This document shows positions 60,801-64,000 of a stretch of 64,000 nucleotides of DNA, piece by piece. The DNA lies in assembly GCA_977017575.1 (NCBI GenBank), contig CDRNVI010000069.1, positions 372,001-436,000 of the forward strand, written 5' to 3'. This stretch comes from Paramoeba atlantica. Its lineage: Eukaryota; Protista; Discosea. The notes beneath the pieces are model-generated. The model made no database searches and was not told the origin of the DNA. It saw only the letters and a program-made list of their open reading frames with translations. The first letter of the stretch is position 1; each line of letters begins with the position of its first letter. The translations under genes and the position numbers were made by a program.

Positions 60801-62062
60801 GGTGTTTTTCCAACAGCTTGGCAAGGGTCTCCTCGTTGTCCGGGGCCATGGGAGCTGCAGATAGGGCGGCCATTCCTCTAGAGAATTCCCCCTGACGCAC
60901 CAAGAGCTCTGCTCTTATTGCCGCTCTATCTTCGTCACTTTCTGGGTTCCTGGACTTCGAGCGTTTTCTCTCGCCATCCTTCAGGGCTTGGTCCCAGAGG
61001 AGAAGGTAGTCTCCACCGAGCCAGAGCTCCATGCGTTTTTCCACGTATGTGGAGTACGATGTGTGCCCTTTACGACCGCCACGGTAAGGGGCCGGGAGAA
61101 CGCACTTCGGAAGCATCGCGAGGAGGGTCCAGGCCTGCACTGTGTTTTCTTTGACAGCGGATGTTAATGCTTCACTCAAAATTCTGGCCCACAAGAATCT
61201 GCAGCAATGGGGGACGTCCTTACAGGTGCTTAAAGGAAGTGAACAAACTGAGCTAAGAAGTGGAAGTGGATCAGCTGGATGCTCTTCATTTATTTTCTCC
61301 GAAAAAGACGTCGGCATGGGCGGCGTTAGTGATCGAACGGGTTGGTTTCGTCCTTTACAGTGCTTAAGGTGAGAGATCTGTTTGCTTTTGTCGTAATGTC
61401 GGATGCAATCCTTGCAAAGGAATCTACCTTCCTTTTCCCACCAATCAGTCGAAATATTTTTACCATGTCGGTGAGCTACATGATTGTAGAACGCTTGCCA
61501 TTGCCCTCCGTGTGGGGGAGTCTTCCAGGTGCAACCTGCCGCTGGGCATTCACGTTGTATGGTGTATTGTGGAGTGGAATTCGGTGTTTTGCGTTTCGGA
61601 GTCTTGGTTGCAGGTGAAGCGTTGGTGTCAGGATTCGCTTGAGGCTGTGTCATGTTTGTTCGTATGACGAGGGAGTGATTTGTCTCCTCATTGTCTGTTA
61701 CCTTCCCCGTGTCTGGCGTGGGTTTCTCTCCGTCTATCATGATAGCTCGTCTTGTCCAGTATTCGGGCACATTCTCGGGAATAGGGGTGGTGTAAAGGAG
61801 TTCATTATACGTGCTTCTGCCAGAAATCAAGTGCGCGTTCCCGGCGAATTGATCCCAGTCTCCAGCGTTATGAGATTTCTCTTCCTGGGCAAAGGAGTCA
61901 TCTTCCATGGGTAGCGCTTCTTCATCGAAACGTTCGTCGTATGACAACGCGAGACCCAGGTTTTTCTGGCTGGTCATAGAAGGAACCGCGTACCTGGAGA
62001 AAAGTGAAATAAGGAAAATAATTCAACAAGGTACAGAAACTGCATCTTTATCGTTAAAGAGT
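57819..62062 (-). mobile_element. Group II element II-b, full length: 39-nt SL, 5' UTR, ORF, about 550-nt 3' UTR, poly(A)
   Basis: SL (a)ctctttaacgataaagatgcagtttctgtaccttgttg at 62062-62024; T-run 57819-57834. Confidence 0.92.
58384..61977 (-). CDS. II-b polyprotein, 1197 aa: LsmAD-like motif, C2H2 and C2HC fingers, RT, knuckle, RLE
   Basis: DWDQFAGN..STYNELLYTTP; CPAAGC..HVAHRH; CKDC..HLKHC; GVQQGDPLGPLLFSL; WYLDDG; RPGDVF..LDFAVTH. Confidence 0.92.
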   Translation of the reverse strand: MTSQKNLGLALSYDERFDEEALPMEDDSFAQEEKSHNAGDWDQFAGNAHLISGRSTYNELLYTTPIPENVPEYWTRRAIMIDGEKPTPDTGKVTDNEETNHSLVIRTNMTQPQANPDTNASPATKTPKRKTPNSTPQYTIQRECPAAGCTWKTPPHGGQWQAFYNHVAHRHGKNISTDWWEKEGRFLCKDCIRHYDKSKQISHLKHCKGRNQPVRSLTPPMPTSFSEKINEEHPADPLPLLSSVCSLPLSTCKDVPHCCRFLWARILSEALTSAVKENTVQAWTLLAMLPKCVLPAPYRGGRKGHTSYSTYVEKRMELWLGGDYLLLWDQALKDGERKRSKSRNPESDEDRAAIRAELLVRQGEFSRGMAALSAAPMAPDNEETLAKLLEKHPEPHENPLEEDLPPIKGAPLQLQEAEVRNAVQSFHRGSSAGTMGLRPEHLQSAILEHEDKNVSPLSALTRLVNHLLEGKAPPEVQQSYAGARLCALEKGEDDVRPIAAGETLRRLVSKAACLAVKEKAGTLFRGRQYGVAASAGSERVIHLCRKTMLNNMGSDKLVFCKVDLRNAFNNVSRPVFALLTRLHFPELSPWVEWCYSSPSCLTYGNNFIPSAEGVQQGDPLGPLLFSLVLSEVTEEIASRSNLDSQLWYLDDGVLMGEAVEVRKAVDVFSEVGPRCGLFLNPAKSEIITPPASAHLTTLFPEIPKAKIRHDGNFDILGSPIGSDEHCAEFLMQHAIDPARETLAAIGLIGDPQVASALIRQCTGFCQMVYALRTTPPQALTHLCFLLDDSVMTAVEWALFPLDPPARDQILRRKRHGGFGLRSSTLHATAAYVSSVAHAADMDDWDPLEAQGFTTSVQDVNDKAGAALVDPCTGRTPKQNNPRTDSDLRHSLSSQTKRPRRTQNKKGSEKTAEPEMIIPRQQQLSQVISQQEFNTAYEKADPRTRARWISESGKGAGSWAFVTPSRTKGYAFTPTEFRTLSRWWLGMDVYPEDRPCPAKGCDLPLLKNGEYALMCKNGHGLITRHNAVCQQFTSFCSKANMAPQREKSLGNRGPGGGLTRPGDVFLPNYELGSGMVLDFAVTHAQQLKYLDSVRNASWVAAGSFAEHFSETKGKQRQEAEAAQLLFTAMIVESFGSWSRSALTVLWKVGALRANASNGLLTDTQARNILLKELNVTLMRSQARMMVSRIVVSDPNAPP

Positions 62063-63510
62063 TTTTTTTTTTTTTTTTTTTTTTTTTGCGATTAATAAGG
62101 GGGGAGAAGTATGAATCGCGGCATTGCCTCTATATTTTGACCCAGTAGACGAACCAAGTACATAGTAGGTCCATTAGGGGGGTATATGAATTTAAAACAA
62201 GCAATCAAATTAGCAATTCTTTTTATTTCCACAGAAGTATATTTTCTTTTTCTTTTTTCTCAGCCCAAAACTAGCAATTCAATCTCCCCTAAGTATATAC
62301 GACAAACAAGACACAGTAAAAATAAAAACAAGCAATCCAGACCCAATCCATTCGCGCGTTCCGGACCGGGTCTTTCGACCTCTCCACGGCCTGACTTGTG
62401 AACCATTCCCTTGTTATGTGGGAGGGCGCTCCCATCTTCCTCATGCATGTTCCGAACCGGGTCTTTCGACCACTCCCAGCTTGCCTTGTTAACCCTTCTC
62501 TTGTTGTACGAGAGGGCGCAAGCAATGGGCCTGTGCCGACAGCGGCACGGTCGCGGAGCATGATGCTGGCCGACGGGGAGGAACAAAGTTCCCTACCCTT
62601 GTCCTACCTCACTTGGGGTACCTAGCCCTGACGGACTAGGCGTGAGCATAGACCCTGTCGGCACCGACCAGCATCCGGACCAGCGGTTTATGTCCCAGTG
62701 GGTATTCCCGAGATCCCTTAGGCCCCTTCCAGGGGAGCGTCAGGGTCACTGACGACTATCCTAGAGACCATCATCCGGGCCTGGGAGCGCATGAGAGCCA
62801 CGTTCAGCTCTTTGAGAAGGTCATTTCGGGCTTGAGTGTCTGTGAGTAGACCGTTTGACGCGTTTGCGCGTAACGCCCCCACCTTCCACAAAACAGCCAT
62901 CGCGCTTTTACTCCACGAGCCAAAGGATTCAACTACCATGGCCGTAAAAAGTAATTTCGCTTCCTCCGCTTCCTGGCGTTGTTTATCCTTCGTTGCTGAG
63001 TAGTGTTCAGCGAAAGATCCCGCAGCCACCCAGCTAGCATTCCGGACAGAGTCCAAATACTTTAGTTGCTGTGCGTGGGTGACTGCGAAGTCTAACACCA
63101 TACCACTTCCCAGGGTGTAATTCGGGAGAAACACGTCAGCAGGTCTGGTGAGACCCCCTCTTGGACCACGATTTCCCAGGCTTTTCTCCCTTTGCGGAGC
63201 TATGTCGGCTTTTCTGCAGAATGCTGTGAATTGCTCACAGACCGCGTTGTGACGGGTGATGAGGCCATGTCCGTTCTTACATAACAATGCATGTTCCCCA
63301 TTTTTCTGCAGAGGTAATATGCATCCCTTCGCTGGGCAAGGGCGATCTTCTTGATATATGTCGGATCCCAGCCACCAGCGGGACAGCGTGCGGAACTCTG
63401 TTGGTGTGAAGGCGTATCCTTTGCTCCTAGAGGGCGTCACGAAAGACCAGCTACCTGCTCCCTTACCCGACTCTGAAACCCACAGTGCGCGAGTGCGAGG
63501 GTCAGCCTGC
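62062..63510 (-). mobile_element. 5'-truncated group II copy II-c (RLE end, coding 62718 to about 63510, 3' UTR, poly(A))
   Basis: 240-aa ORF closely matching the II-b C-terminus; T-run 62062-62087. Confidence 0.9.
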
Positions 63511-64000
63511 CTTTTTTTTTTTTTTTTTTGCAGATAATAGGGGGGGAAGAGTACGAGTTCTAACTTTATATATGTATGTACGGTATGACTTTCTCACTTA
63601 CTTTCCTACTTGCTCAACTTCTTTCCCTCACTTCCCCCCATTTTAAAAACGAGCAAAATATATAACTAGCAAATACATGCTTTCCCATCTTACCCACTTC
63701 CCCTTACCAATCTTACCAGCTTTCCAGGGAGGGTAAGGTCTCCCTCGGCTAGGAGGGGCAGACTTTCCCCGAACCATTCGCGCGTTCCGGACCGGGTCTT
63801 TCGACCTCTCCCAGCTTGCCTTGGTAACCCTTCTCTTGTTGTACGAGAGGGCGCAAGCAATGGGCCTGTGCCGACAGCGGCACGGTCGCGGAGCATGATG
63901 CTGGCCGACGGGGAGGAACAAAGTTCCCTACCCATGTCCTACCTCACTTGGAGTACCTAGCCCTGGCGGACTAGGCGTGAGCATAGACCCTGCCGGCATC
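63511..64000 (-). mobile_element. 3' UTR and poly(A) of a further group II copy II-d (runs off the right edge)
   Basis: T-run about 63512-63529; UTR blocks (ccattcgcgcgttccggaccgggtc, cctcacttgg.gtacctagccctg) shared with II-b and II-c. Confidence 0.85.

Noticed and set aside
1-64000. Telomeric repeat arrays or telomere-targeted insertion
   Set aside because: Only isolated TTAGGG hexamers; no tandem run.

Overview
The window is almost entirely eukaryotic retroelement DNA and contains no recognisable host housekeeping gene. A kinetoplastid-type spliced-leader (SL) sequence points to a euglenozoan host (inference). Two classes are present. (1) Tyrosine-recombinase (YR) retrotransposons of the VIPER/TATE/Ngaro type, in four families YR0-YR3; three show A1-ORFs-B1-A2-B2 split direct repeats. 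(2) CRE/SLACS-like non-LTR retrotransposons with a restriction-like endonuclease (RLE), in two groups: group I has a Pro-rich N-terminus plus a beta-barrel-like module, and group II has an LsmAD-like motif plus N-terminal Zn fingers. Positions 3.5-34 kb resolve into a four-level nest whose junctions rejoin exactly: non-LTR I-a contains YR1, YR1 contains SL-capped non-LTR I-b, and I-b contains YR3 and a triple-tandem YR2. The right half is a poly(A)-joined mosaic of non-LTR copies and fragments. Main highlights: retroelement copies that begin with an SL exon, including a nested SL relic that implies repeated trans-splicing and retroposition; a captured SL RNA gene fragment; an apparent Ataxin-2/Pbp1 LsmAD domain at the N-terminus of group II; a module apparently shared between YR Gag and group I proteins; and YR reverse transcriptases with YxDG/FxDN in place of YxDD. 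All domain calls come from reading motifs by eye; no database searches were run.
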